NCBI GenBank assembly: GCA_050246755.1 | Contig: JBFWVL010000001.1 | Location: 864,001 to 928,000, forward strand | DNA length: 64,000 nt | Origin: Bacteriovoracia bacterium | GTDB taxonomy: Bacteria; Bdellovibrionota; UBA1018; CAIPTA01 | Direction: 5' to 3' | Shown here: in pieces, positions 18,107 through 26,745 of the stretch | Numbering within the stretch: position 1 is the first letter of the stretch | How the letters are laid out: each line of letters starts with the position of its first letter | The notes under the pieces: generated by a model | What the model was told of the DNA's origin: nothing | The model's input: only the letters and a program-made list of their open reading frames with translations | Database searches by the model: none | Program-made: the position numbers and the translations under genes

Positions 18107-19063
18107 ATGACTATGATTCCAAAATCGAAAACACGAAATAACGAAGTAAATTCAATTACTTCAACAAGGCGATTTTGGCCCTGGGAATATTGGCGCACCG
18201 AACTCGAGACATTTTTCCCCGCATTCGGCGGGAAATTTTCCCGCGATCGCACCACCACCTTGGCCGCTTCGTTGGCTTTTTACACCGTGCTCTCGCTCGC
18301 TCCGCTCTCGGTGGTGATTCTTTTCGCTTTTTCCCAGCTCGATCAGTCCCTCATCGATCGCTTTGCCAATGAAACCGCCCGCCTCGTAGGTACCTCGGGC
18401 GGCTCGGCTGTGCTAGCGGCCATAGAAAGCGCCAAGGCCCGACCTGCCACCGGCGGCCTCGCGAGCATCGTGAGCTTCCTGGTGGTTCTTGTTTCGTCGG
18501 GAGCCATGTTCGCGGAAGTACGCGATTCACTCTCCATCGTGTTTGAAAACGTGGAACCCACCGAAGTACCCTCTAGTTTTCTCGGTAAATCTTGGGGCCT
18601 GGTTCGTACGCGCCTGCTCTCGGCTGGGTTTGCGCTCACCGTAGTTCTAGTAATGGCGATCTCCCTGGTACTTTCGGCCTTCCTAACCGCCATGGCCGAA
18701 CGAGCGGGCCTGGTCTCAATTGATTTAGTGATCAGTCTCAGCCTCTACGCTGCCATCTTCACCCTTCTATTCATGTACGGCACGAAACCCGGGCTCCGCT
18801 TTCGCGATGCTGTACGCGGCGGAGTCCTAACTGCCGTTCTCTTCATTGCCGGAAAAATCCTGATCGGCTTCTACGTGGGTAATAGCTCCATCGCTAATTC
18901 CTACGGAGCGGCGGGATCTCTCGTGGCGCTGCTCGTGTGGATTTACTGGGCCACCTTGATCGTTTTCTCCGGCGCCCAATGTGCCTGGCTGCTGGCCGAA
19001 AACCGCTACCGCACCTATGGCACCCCCGCCGATGTGCTGCATTTCAAGGGCAAAAAGCGATGA
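18107..19063 (+). CDS. YihY/virulence factor BrkB family membrane protein
   Basis: AASLAFYTVLSLAP and YGAAGSLVALLVWIY motifs; exact start uncertain. Confidence 0.92.
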   Translation: MTMIPKSKTRNNEVNSITSTRRFWPWEYWRTELETFFPAFGGKFSRDRTTTLAASLAFYTVLSLAPLSVVILFAFSQLDQSLIDRFANETARLVGTSGGSAVLAAIESAKARPATGGLASIVSFLVVLVSSGAMFAEVRDSLSIVFENVEPTEVPSSFLGKSWGLVRTRLLSAGFALTVVLVMAISLVLSAFLTAMAERAGLVSIDLVISLSLYAAIFTLLFMYGTKPGLRFRDAVRGGVLTAVLFIAGKILIGFYVGNSSIANSYGAAGSLVALLVWIYWATLIVFSGAQCAWLLAENRYRTYGTPADVLHFKGKKR

Positions 19064-20142
19064 GAAGCTCTAATCGCTCTTGGTGGAGCCGGCCCCACTG
19101 GATCCTATTCTCGGTGATCGTGATTTTGGTGGCCATCCGCGTGGCGCTTCCGAGCATCATTCTCAGAAAGTTAAATAATTCTCTCGCGAACCTCGAGGGA
19201 CCGCTCTGTGGCCATATCGCCGACGTGGACCTCGCCATCATTCGCGGCGCCTACGAGCTGCAGGACTTCACCCTCATGAGCCGCACCAAAAGTGGCGCGT
19301 GCCGCGAAAAGCTTCTTTCGGTGGAGCGCACCAAAATTTCCGCCGCCTGGGGCGAGCTCTTAAAGGGAAAAGCGCGGCTACGCGTGGACCTATTCGCTCC
19401 CCAGGTGGCCGTGGACCCTCTCATCACGGCCCTTGAGACCAGTGACAAACGGGCGGAAGCCGCCGTGGGGGCGCAGAAAACCTGGGACATTCTCGTTCCC
19501 TGGCGCATCGATGCGCTCGGAATCCGCGAAGGCAAAGCCTACTTCGTGCTTTTTGGCCAAGGCGGAATCAGCACGCCCCTAGAACAAGTGGAAGGAGAGG
19601 TGACCGGGATCGAATCCAGCATCGCCTCCGAGCTTCCGATTCTCTACCGCATTAAGGGTTCTATTTTTGGCGGATCTTCTTTAGTAGCCGCCGGCTCCAT
19701 GGCCCTCGGCCCTGGTCCCACCCGCTGGGAAGTAGATTTCAATGCCGAGCAGGTAGACCTCACCAACGCCAATCCATTTCTCTACAACCGCGTTCCGCTC
19801 ACATTCACTACCGGCAAACTGGATCTCTTTGGCGAAGCCGCCGGCAAAGGCGCCGACGTAGAGGGATACGTGCGAACGATTTTTACGAAAGTAGACGTGG
19901 TGGGGAATCGCGAGAAGTGGAAAAACTTTAGCCAAGGGCTCTACGAAATCGTGAGTGCGCTTTTCTTCGTGATTTCCAAAAATACGCGCGTGCACACCGT
20001 GGGTACGGAACTAGTATTCCATAAAAAAGGAACCGATACGGTAGTGGACTGGGCCGGCGCTGTAGCGCGAGCCCTTCAACATTCTGGCGGTAAACTCGTT
20101 CCTCGCGGCGTAGACAATAGTCTCGGGCTGCCAAAACCTTAA
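19060..20142 (+). CDS. DUF748/AsmA-like protein
   Basis: ATGA overlap with the yihY stop; N-terminal TM then GHIADVDLAIIRGAY, G.LDLFGE, EGYVR pattern of DUF748. Confidence 0.75.
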   Translation: MRSSNRSWWSRPHWILFSVIVILVAIRVALPSIILRKLNNSLANLEGPLCGHIADVDLAIIRGAYELQDFTLMSRTKSGACREKLLSVERTKISAAWGELLKGKARLRVDLFAPQVAVDPLITALETSDKRAEAAVGAQKTWDILVPWRIDALGIREGKAYFVLFGQGGISTPLEQVEGEVTGIESSIASELPILYRIKGSIFGGSSLVAAGSMALGPGPTRWEVDFNAEQVDLTNANPFLYNRVPLTFTTGKLDLFGEAAGKGADVEGYVRTIFTKVDVVGNREKWKNFSQGLYEIVSALFFVISKNTRVHTVGTELVFHKKGTDTVVDWAGAVARALQHSGGKLVPRGVDNSLGLPKP

Positions 20143-20165
20143 ACTGACCAGCGAAAGGAACTCTC

Positions 20166-20765
20166 ATGAAAAAACTTCTTCTAGCTCTCACGGCGATCGC
20201 GCATGCCTCCTTAGTCTCGGCTTGCTCTACTAGTCCCACTCCCCGCAATATGCCGGTCACGGAAAACAAGGACATCCGCACCGTGGAAGCCAAGTACGCC
20301 GCTAGCGAACTTGGCGCCCAGGAAGTAGCAGAGATCCGTTTTCCCAAAAATTCCACCCGCATCAGGAAAGCGGAGCTGAGAAAACTGAATGCGGCCCTCG
20401 TGAAGGCCCAGGCCGCAGGGAAGATAGAAGAAATTAAAGTGATCGCCTGGGCCGATCGGGAATTCCCTTCCTTCAATAGCGGCTCCCTTCCCAAAGCAGA
20501 CCAAGCCTTGGCGGAACGTCGCACGGAAGAGATTGGCAAGGCTCTGGCCAACAAGGTGAAAGACGTAGACGTGGATAAATATAATATGGCCGTATACCCC
20601 ACGGGCGTAGACCGCCTTTTTAAGACTTCCGACTTCCGGGTGAAACGCTCCCTAGAGCAAGCTGGGATCCCGAACTCCGATTCGGGAGTAAAAACACCTG
20701 CGATGTCGGGAAAGGCGCTCGTTATGATTTTGCTGGAGAAAAAACCGGCTCCCGCTTCGAACTAA
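20166..20765 (+). CDS. lipoprotein with OmpA-C-like degenerate motif
   Basis: Lipobox VSAC; IRF...KVIAWAD...DQALAERR resembles the OmpA-like peptidoglycan-binding fold. Confidence 0.6.
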   Translation: MKKLLLALTAIAHASLVSACSTSPTPRNMPVTENKDIRTVEAKYAASELGAQEVAEIRFPKNSTRIRKAELRKLNAALVKAQAAGKIEEIKVIAWADREFPSFNSGSLPKADQALAERRTEEIGKALANKVKDVDVDKYNMAVYPTGVDRLFKTSDFRVKRSLEQAGIPNSDSGVKTPAMSGKALVMILLEKKPAPASN

Positions 20766-20901
20766 AAACCAATTTTTCCTTTTGCGGACGCTTTGGGCTC
20801 CATTGCGGGGCATAAAATCGCTCTTGTTCTCTATGCTGCCTAGAAACTCTTGAGCAAATCACAATGAAAAGGTACGAAGAGAAGGTTCTTCTTTCCCTCC
20901 T

Positions 20902-20978
20902 GCACTCGTAGCTCAGTTGGATAGAGCGTTGCCCTCCGAAGGCAAAGGTCGTGAGTTCGACTCTCGCCGAGTGCACCA
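20902..20978 (+). tRNA. tRNA-Arg(CCG)
   Basis: GCACTCG acceptor stem, anticodon arm TTGCC-CTCCGAA-GGCAA, GTTCGA T-loop, CCA end. Confidence 0.96.
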
Positions 20979-21390
20979 TTTTCTGAAATCAAAACAAATA
21001 TTTGTCGATAGCTTAGTCCATTAGCTCGAAGAGCAAGAACTTCAGAACCATGCCCGACCCTTGGGCCTTAGCATGGACAATTCCCATCTTTGTGGGCTCT
21101 CTTTGCTGATAGAGCGGCGGACCATCATTAAGCAGGAAAAATTGTTCAGCCGTTGGCGCATCTGCATTTTGCCGTCGCGCAAGGCCATCCCCAAAATGGC
21201 ACCAGCAAATTTTTCAGCTTGCGGCGGTCATTTTTCCGCCAAGACATAACCATTCGCCGACCAAATCCTAAAATTCAACATTCCTTTTCAGTGGTAAGAA
21301 TAATCACGATTGAGAAATTGGTTTCCCTCAACCGCTGCCGGGATTAGCCATCTTTCCCTCCGCAAATCCCGGCAGCACCTTAGGTAAAGT

Positions 21391-22278
21391 ATGAAGACTA
21401 TTTTCTTGGCCGCTTTCCTTGGTTTCTTGCAGCCCATTCTTTCTTTTGGTCAATCTAACCTCACTGCGATTGATCCAAACTGTGCTTGCGACTCCCTGGC
21501 AAAGGATAACTTTGAAGAGCCCCTTCGATTCGAGTTTGGCCCGTATAAAGGAACTTGCGTAAATTCCTGCGTTTTTCGCCGCTCCTACTTGGCTACAATG
21601 CCCGAAGGTGTGATTTCCGCAGATGGTACGAAGACGGGGCTCACCAATATTTTACATAACGGGCGCTATTGGATGGGCGCTATCGCTGATCAAAAAATAG
21701 AATATGCAGATATTCTCTTTGAGGATTTCTTTTTGGGTGTGGCCCACGTTTCGATTCGGCTTCACTTTTTCCGCCCTCTCGAACTAACGGCACAGACGCC
21801 AAAACTTACCGGGCCCGCAACCACTAAAATATCAGATTTAGTTTTTTCTTCTGAAGCGGCTTACGGCCCAGGCAAAAGAATCAATCTAGTGGAAGGGGCG
21901 ATGGGAAATTACCTTCTCAGTCACCGCTTTCTCTCGCTAGAACAAGTTCACGCAACTTCCGTAGTTACCTTACGTCACTCTATCAAGCAGTTTCGGCTTC
22001 GCTTAAATCAAAGTCAGCTAAATGCCCTATTTCGAAGCGCCATCCTCAAAAGTCAGCGGGAAAGCTTTCGCACGGTTTACCAATTACTTTCTAATAACTG
22101 CGCTACGTCGGCCACTGGACTACTGCAAATAGTCTCTGGGTTCCCTCCTAAATTATTAGAAAATGGCCACCGGGCAGTTTCCGTCAGCGGAAATTACGGA
22201 ACTTTACCTTGGCTCGAAATGGTGGGCCTTTTAGAGACGAGCATTCACTTACCCAATTTGGAACAAGAGTTCCGTTAG
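21391..22278 (+). CDS. secreted DUF4105 (Lnb N-terminal-like) domain protein
   Basis: Signal peptide; AHVSIR and YQLLSNNCAT His/Cys motifs. Confidence 0.7.
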   Translation: MKTIFLAAFLGFLQPILSFGQSNLTAIDPNCACDSLAKDNFEEPLRFEFGPYKGTCVNSCVFRRSYLATMPEGVISADGTKTGLTNILHNGRYWMGAIADQKIEYADILFEDFFLGVAHVSIRLHFFRPLELTAQTPKLTGPATTKISDLVFSSEAAYGPGKRINLVEGAMGNYLLSHRFLSLEQVHATSVVTLRHSIKQFRLRLNQSQLNALFRSAILKSQRESFRTVYQLLSNNCATSATGLLQIVSGFPPKLLENGHRAVSVSGNYGTLPWLEMVGLLETSIHLPNLEQEFR

Positions 22279-22289
22279 GAAATTCATCG

Positions 22290-22937
22290 ATGAAATTTGT
22301 AAAAACTCGGGCGAGCAGCTTAGTAACTACCCAAAAAATTGTTGCCGGCGAACACCTCAATCCTAACGGGGTTCTCTTTGGTGGATATTTGATGTGCTGG
22401 GTAGATGAAATTGCCTTCATGTGCGCCAGGCGATTCACGGGTAAGCCTGGTTGCGTAACGGTGAACATCGACAATATCACGTTCAAAACCCCGATTAAGC
22501 TAGGCGAGCATGTGCTCTTGAGCGCCTGGGTGAATCATGTGGGAAAAACCTCTATGGAAATTGAGGTGAAAGTAGAGAAAGAAAATCCGAAAAAACTTCA
22601 ATTAGTTACTACCAATACCGCGCACTTAACTTTCGTATGCCTCAATAGCAAGCTTAAGCCGGTAGCGGTACCGAGAATTTCGCTCGAAACGATTGAAGAT
22701 CATCGCAAAAATCAAGAAGCCCAATTCCGGGCAAAGGTAAGAAAACGTCTCGGCAAACATATGGACCGAAAACTAGTCGAAGACTGGAACTCTCCCCGGT
22801 CGGGAACAAATGGGTTTGAGGGCGAGATCGGCGGAATGCTTCAGCGAAGGCTTTCTCCTGCGTTTCCTACTTATCCAATCAAAGAATGGATTAAATCAAA
22901 AATTTCAAATCGCATGCGCCAAAATTTTACGAAATAA
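22290..22937 (+). CDS. acyl-CoA thioesterase (hotdog fold)
   Basis: NPNGVLFGG...WVDE, VGKTSMEIEV, TFVCL. Confidence 0.9.
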   Translation: MKFVKTRASSLVTTQKIVAGEHLNPNGVLFGGYLMCWVDEIAFMCARRFTGKPGCVTVNIDNITFKTPIKLGEHVLLSAWVNHVGKTSMEIEVKVEKENPKKLQLVTTNTAHLTFVCLNSKLKPVAVPRISLETIEDHRKNQEAQFRAKVRKRLGKHMDRKLVEDWNSPRSGTNGFEGEIGGMLQRRLSPAFPTYPIKEWIKSKISNRMRQNFTK

Positions 22938-22970
22938 AAAAGCCGCTTTTAGCGAGCAGCCAGCGGCTTT
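22936..22970. terminator. bidirectional terminator between convergent genes
   Basis: AAAAAAGCCGCT...AGCGGCTTT. Confidence 0.7.
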
Positions 22971-22992
22971 CCAAGTACAAATGTTTAGAAAA

Positions 22993-23229
22993 TTACTGAA
23001 AGATCCAGCACTCTACGGCACCGCTAGAAAAGCTTTTCTGGCAGCCAATATTTTTTCCATACTTTGCCACAGCGAAATCTGGGCCGCCGTGTTCATCACG
23101 AACGCCAATCTCAGCGATATTTAACTTCTCGAACATTTCTGCCGCAGCACTGCCAGTGATTCTGAATTCGGCAGCCTGTGCCATAGAAGCCGCGGTGAGT
23201 AATGCGATTCCTAAGATGAGTGATTTCAT
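22993..23229 (-). CDS. small secreted protein with C-terminal Cys pair
   Basis: MKSLIL...AQA signal; GGAG SD; IGC...VECWI. Confidence 0.75.
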   Translation of the reverse strand: MKSLILGIALLTAASMAQAAEFRITGSAAAEMFEKLNIAEIGVRDEHGGPDFAVAKYGKNIGCQKSFSSGAVECWIFQ

Positions 23230-23443
23230 ATTTATCTCCAATGACTACAATTTTCTGCTTTTTAGCAGCAGCGTATAGCGATGAAAAGTCATGATTCGGT
23301 TAGGCAATCTCAATCATTTCCTAACGAGACTTTCGATCTCCTCTCTGCGAGTTTGAGCAGAATTCAAACTTCTAAGGCGCTCAATGTTCAGCATGCTACT
23401 GGAATTTGGATTCAGAACAACAATAACTAATTAGGAGTTTCTT

Positions 23444-23923
23444 ATGAAAATCGTATTCGCAATGATGATGGCAATCGGACTCAACGCTTCCGCTCAAGCT
23501 TGCAGCGAAGGTCAGGCACAATATTGGCCCTCCAATAACCCTGCTCTTGTTAACAGCGAAGGCGGCGCTCAGGACGTGCTCTGGACCTGCGTAAACGGCA
23601 AGTACGTAGAAGAGTACGCTGCTCCTGCCCCCCAGTACCGCAGCTGCGTAGAAGGCGACATTCAAAATTTCCCCGTGGCTGATAGCCGCAATGGTGGTGA
23701 GTCTGGAACTATTGATGCTTCCTTTGTGTGCCACAATGGAAAATACAGCCCCGTAAATGCCGGTGCTAAACGCGCTCGTCGCGCGGGTCGTGGCTACGTT
23801 TGCAAAAATGGTTCTGAAATGTACTTCGAGGAAAACAGCAGCAATGCTGGTGGTGAATCCGGTACCGTTCAAGTTCTTTACACTTGCAAAAATGGCCGCT
23901 TCGTTAAGAAATACGCTCGCTAG
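23444..23923 (+). CDS. secreted protein with three disulfide-bonded ~36-aa repeats
   Basis: Signal ending AQA; three C-x-[EN]G...G[GE]..G...C-x-NG[KR][YF] units; AGGAG SD. Confidence 0.85.
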   Translation: MKIVFAMMMAIGLNASAQACSEGQAQYWPSNNPALVNSEGGAQDVLWTCVNGKYVEEYAAPAPQYRSCVEGDIQNFPVADSRNGGESGTIDASFVCHNGKYSPVNAGAKRARRAGRGYVCKNGSEMYFEENSSNAGGESGTVQVLYTCKNGRFVKKYAR

Positions 23924-23961
23924 TCGATAATTTAAGCGAAGCAATTTCCGCTTATTTTTGG

Positions 23962-23988
23962 GGTATAGCCTTTGGGCTATACCTTTTT
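23962..23988 (+). terminator. intrinsic terminator
   Basis: GGTATAGCC-TTTG-GGCTATACC-TTTTT. Confidence 0.85.
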
Positions 23989-24154
23989 AATTTGTGGTGG
24001 CAACCCGAATGCCTTGGCTAAGATCATGGGACACTCGAAAGCTTCCACGGCCGAACGCTATGGTCACATAACCCTCAGTCACGTGGCAAAGGAGTTAGAA
24101 AAAAATCGTTTTGGCGATAAACCACTAATTTTATCTGAGATTCAGGATAGTTAG
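23972..24154 (+). pseudogene. C-terminal remnant of a tyrosine recombinase/integrase
   Basis: GGNPNALAKIMGHSKASTAERYGH matches box II (G.d...v..lLGH......T..Y.H); the N-terminal and catalytic core regions are absent. Confidence 0.85.
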
Positions 24155-24169
24155 AAGATACAGTGCCTT

Positions 24170-24187
24170 CTCTCGCCGAGTGCACCA
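24170..24187 (+). repeat. attR-like direct repeat of the tRNA-Arg 3' end
   Basis: Identical to 20961-20978. Confidence 0.92.
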
Positions 24188-24263
24188 ACTTGAAACCCTT
24201 CAGCACAACTGAGAGACTATTCTCAGTGATGCGTTCCCCACCCAACCGAATCAGGAATAACCG

Positions 24264-25022
24264 ATGACCTTCGCCGAAATCATCTTTTTGGTGAGGCCAT
24301 ATTTTTTTTGGTGTTTCCTCGCTTTTTTATTTTTATGGGAGCGCTGTTTCCCGGCCAATCAACCCGCTTCCCGGAATTTCTGGTGGACGCGAGCCCTGTT
24401 ATTTTTCGGCGTGCGCATTTTCGGAGTTCTATGGGTGAGAAGTCTCATGAACACTCATCTCACCGGACTCCACCCGTTCTTTTCCCTAAAAAATATCCCC
24501 ATTTTACCTGGGGCAATGATCAGTATTTTTGTCTTCACTTTTTTTCACTACTGGTGGCATCGCCTTCGTCACCGGAGCCATTTCGTTTGGCGTACTTTTC
24601 ATCAGATTCATCACAGTCCCGCCAGAGTGGAACTATTGACGAACTACTACAGCCACCTAACGGACTTTCTCGCCAACTTCGCCCTGTTTAATTTCGTTTG
24701 CGTTTTTCTTCTCGAGCTATCTATTCCTCAATTAATCTGCGCCAATATTTTAGACGGCGCCATAAACGCCTTTGCTCACGCCAACGTGAACACGCCCCGG
24801 TGGCTAGGCTACTTCATAATACGGCCGGCCCAGCATCGCCTGCACCACCAGCAGAATCTCCATTACTATAACTTTGGGATGATTCCGATTTGGGACCTGC
24901 TGTTTGGCACGTTCAAAAATCCCTTGAAACACGAAGCCCCCTGCGGATTTTCGCTGACGCAGGAATTTCAGCTCAAAGAAATGCTGCTCTTCAAGGAAAT
25001 TGGGGCACAGAGGAAAATCTAG
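24264..25022 (+). CDS. sterol desaturase / fatty acid hydroxylase family
   Basis: His boxes HRLRH, HQIHH, HAN, HRLHH; WDLLFGT. Confidence 0.92.
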   Translation: MTFAEIIFLVRPYFFWCFLAFLFLWERCFPANQPASRNFWWTRALLFFGVRIFGVLWVRSLMNTHLTGLHPFFSLKNIPILPGAMISIFVFTFFHYWWHRLRHRSHFVWRTFHQIHHSPARVELLTNYYSHLTDFLANFALFNFVCVFLLELSIPQLICANILDGAINAFAHANVNTPRWLGYFIIRPAQHRLHHQQNLHYYNFGMIPIWDLLFGTFKNPLKHEAPCGFSLTQEFQLKEMLLFKEIGAQRKI

Positions 25023-25237
25023 TTCTCCCAGCTCCACACTGAAAAAGGAATTAACGGCCATCCTGAAGCCCCTCACCGCGATGGACGCGCTGCGGGAGAG
25101 GCACAAAAGCTGATTCCCAAGCACAATTACTCGACCCCGCCGCCAGAACAGCGCAACATCTAAGTGCAGCTCTTCCGAGAAATCTGCGCACGCCACCTTC
25201 GGCCTGTAAAATCGTTTTTCCAGATGGGAGATGCCGG

Positions 25238-25954
25238 GTGGCTTCTAGTTTCGTGATTCTCCAAAATGCCGACTTCGAAGAGCCGGGCTTATTACTCGAG
25301 TGGGCCGAAAAAAGGAAACTTTCCGTTACGGTGATAAAAGCCTTCGCCGGAGAAAGTTTTCCTCCCACCGACGATATCACCCACCTCGCGGTGCTTGGCG
25401 GCCTGGTCAGCGTGAAGGACATGAAAGGCACTCCTTGGATGGAGGCCGAGGCCCAGTACGTAGTCTCCTGCCTCCGGGCGGGGAAGAAAGTGCTCGGGAT
25501 TTGCTTTGGTGCCCAGCTCCTCGCTCATTTACTCGGCGGCACCGTGAAAGCGGGAGCCCATTCCGAAGTGGGATGGCACCAGATGGAAATTGCCAAAGAC
25601 AAAAGCCTCAGCGCACTCAGCCCCCTTGCCGGAAAATCCTTTCCCCTCTTCCAGTGGCACCGCGAGGTGTTTACTTTGCCAAATGGCGCCTCGGCTTTCG
25701 GAAAAAGCTCCGCCACGGCTTTGCAGGGATTCGAATGGAAAGATCACGTGCTAGCGCTATCGGGCCATCCGGAAATGACTTTGCCGCTCGTGAAAAAATT
25801 CATTGCGCGTTGTTGGAGCGAAGATTGGTTCCGCCAGCAGCCAAGCACGAAATTCATCCAGAGTCCCGAGCTCATGCTCGGCGATGCAGACCGCCATCTA
25901 AAGAATAGCAATAAGCTGATCCTCGAGCTCTTTGACCGCTGGTCGCGTCTCTAG
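25238..25954 (+). CDS. type 1 glutamine amidotransferase
   Basis: LGICFGAQLLA, FQWH, HPE triad. Confidence 0.92.
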   Translation: MASSFVILQNADFEEPGLLLEWAEKRKLSVTVIKAFAGESFPPTDDITHLAVLGGLVSVKDMKGTPWMEAEAQYVVSCLRAGKKVLGICFGAQLLAHLLGGTVKAGAHSEVGWHQMEIAKDKSLSALSPLAGKSFPLFQWHREVFTLPNGASAFGKSSATALQGFEWKDHVLALSGHPEMTLPLVKKFIARCWSEDWFRQQPSTKFIQSPELMLGDADRHLKNSNKLILELFDRWSRL

Positions 25955-25988
25955 TTTCCGGTAAACTGGCGGACCCAGGTGAGGCGGC

Positions 25989-26017
25989 TTGCCTGCTCAC
26001 TGTGCCTGCTCTATGGT
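25989..26017 (+). promoter_or_regulatory. sigma70-type promoter (probably leaderless transcript)
   Basis: TTGCCT-N17-TATGGT, 8 nt before ATG 26026; no SD. Confidence 0.55.
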
Positions 26018-26025
26018 TGGACTCA

Positions 26026-26745
26026 ATGCTAGCCTTCCGCATTCTTTACGAAGACGATTTCCTGATAGTGGTGGATAAGCCCACCGGCTTTCATACCCAT
26101 CCCCCCGAAGATCAAGCCGTCCGGATTGCGCCGAAGTGGAACGGCCTGCGTATTCTCGAACGTCAGTTCCAGATGAAGTTATACCCGGTGCATCGCCTGG
26201 ATCGCGCGAGCTCCGGCGTCTTAGTTCTTTCGAAGAAACGGGAACTTAATGGCCATCTACAATCCCAGTTCGCCGAGCGCACAGTGCATAAGCAATATGC
26301 TTTTCTGGCGAGGGGGGAGATTCGGGGAAGCCGCACTCTAAACGACCCGATCGCCACCGAAGCCGGCGCTATGCAAGAAGCATTTACCGGCGTGGCTCCC
26401 GTGCACACGTTTGCTTTAAGCATTCCCACAAAAACGGGGGAAGAAGCGCGGGCCTTCACGATCGCCTGGGCCTATCCCGAGACGGGGCGCTTTCATCAGA
26501 TCCGCCGGCACCTCGCCCGGGCCGGCCATCCCCTCGTGAACGATTCCCGCCATGGCGATAAAAAACTAAACCGCGCCTTCGCCGAAAAGACCGGTCTTTC
26601 GCGGCTCCTCCTTCGCTGCATGGAAATGAGATTTCGCCACCCCGATTCCGGCGCGGAGATGAAAGTGCGCACCCGCTGGAGCCGCGACTGGCATAAGGTT
26701 TTTGAATTGTCGGGAATATGTCCGTTACCAAGAGAACGAGACTAG
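26026..26745 (+). CDS. truC: RluA-family pseudouridine synthase, TruC-like
   Basis: HRLDRASSG, TGRFHQIRRHL, HPLVNDSRHGD. Confidence 0.75.
   Translation: MLAFRILYEDDFLIVVDKPTGFHTHPPEDQAVRIAPKWNGLRILERQFQMKLYPVHRLDRASSGVLVLSKKRELNGHLQSQFAERTVHKQYAFLARGEIRGSRTLNDPIATEAGAMQEAFTGVAPVHTFALSIPTKTGEEARAFTIAWAYPETGRFHQIRRHLARAGHPLVNDSRHGDKKLNRAFAEKTGLSRLLLRCMEMRFRHPDSGAEMKVRTRWSRDWHKVFELSGICPLPRERD

Larger units (their letters stand above)
20961..24187. mobile_element. degenerate integrative element / genomic islet in tRNA-Arg
   Basis: 18-bp direct repeat CTCTCGCCGAGTGCACCA at 20961-20978 (tRNA 3' end) and 24170-24187; integrase remnant next to the distal copy; visibly more AT-rich. Confidence 0.9.

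Noticed and set aside
14100-20900. Possible island integrated at tRNA-Leu
   Set aside because: No convincing duplicate of the tRNA-Leu 3' end found by eye (only GCACCA near 14454) and no integrase.
20990-21330. Short ORFs 21061-21249 and 21153-21347 and minus-strand fragments inside the islet
   Set aside because: No SD, motif or recognisable homology; probably decayed sequence.
24264-25022. Sterol desaturase as part of the tRNA-Arg islet
   Set aside because: Lies outside attR (24187). It looks AT-rich, but no further att copy was found to include it.
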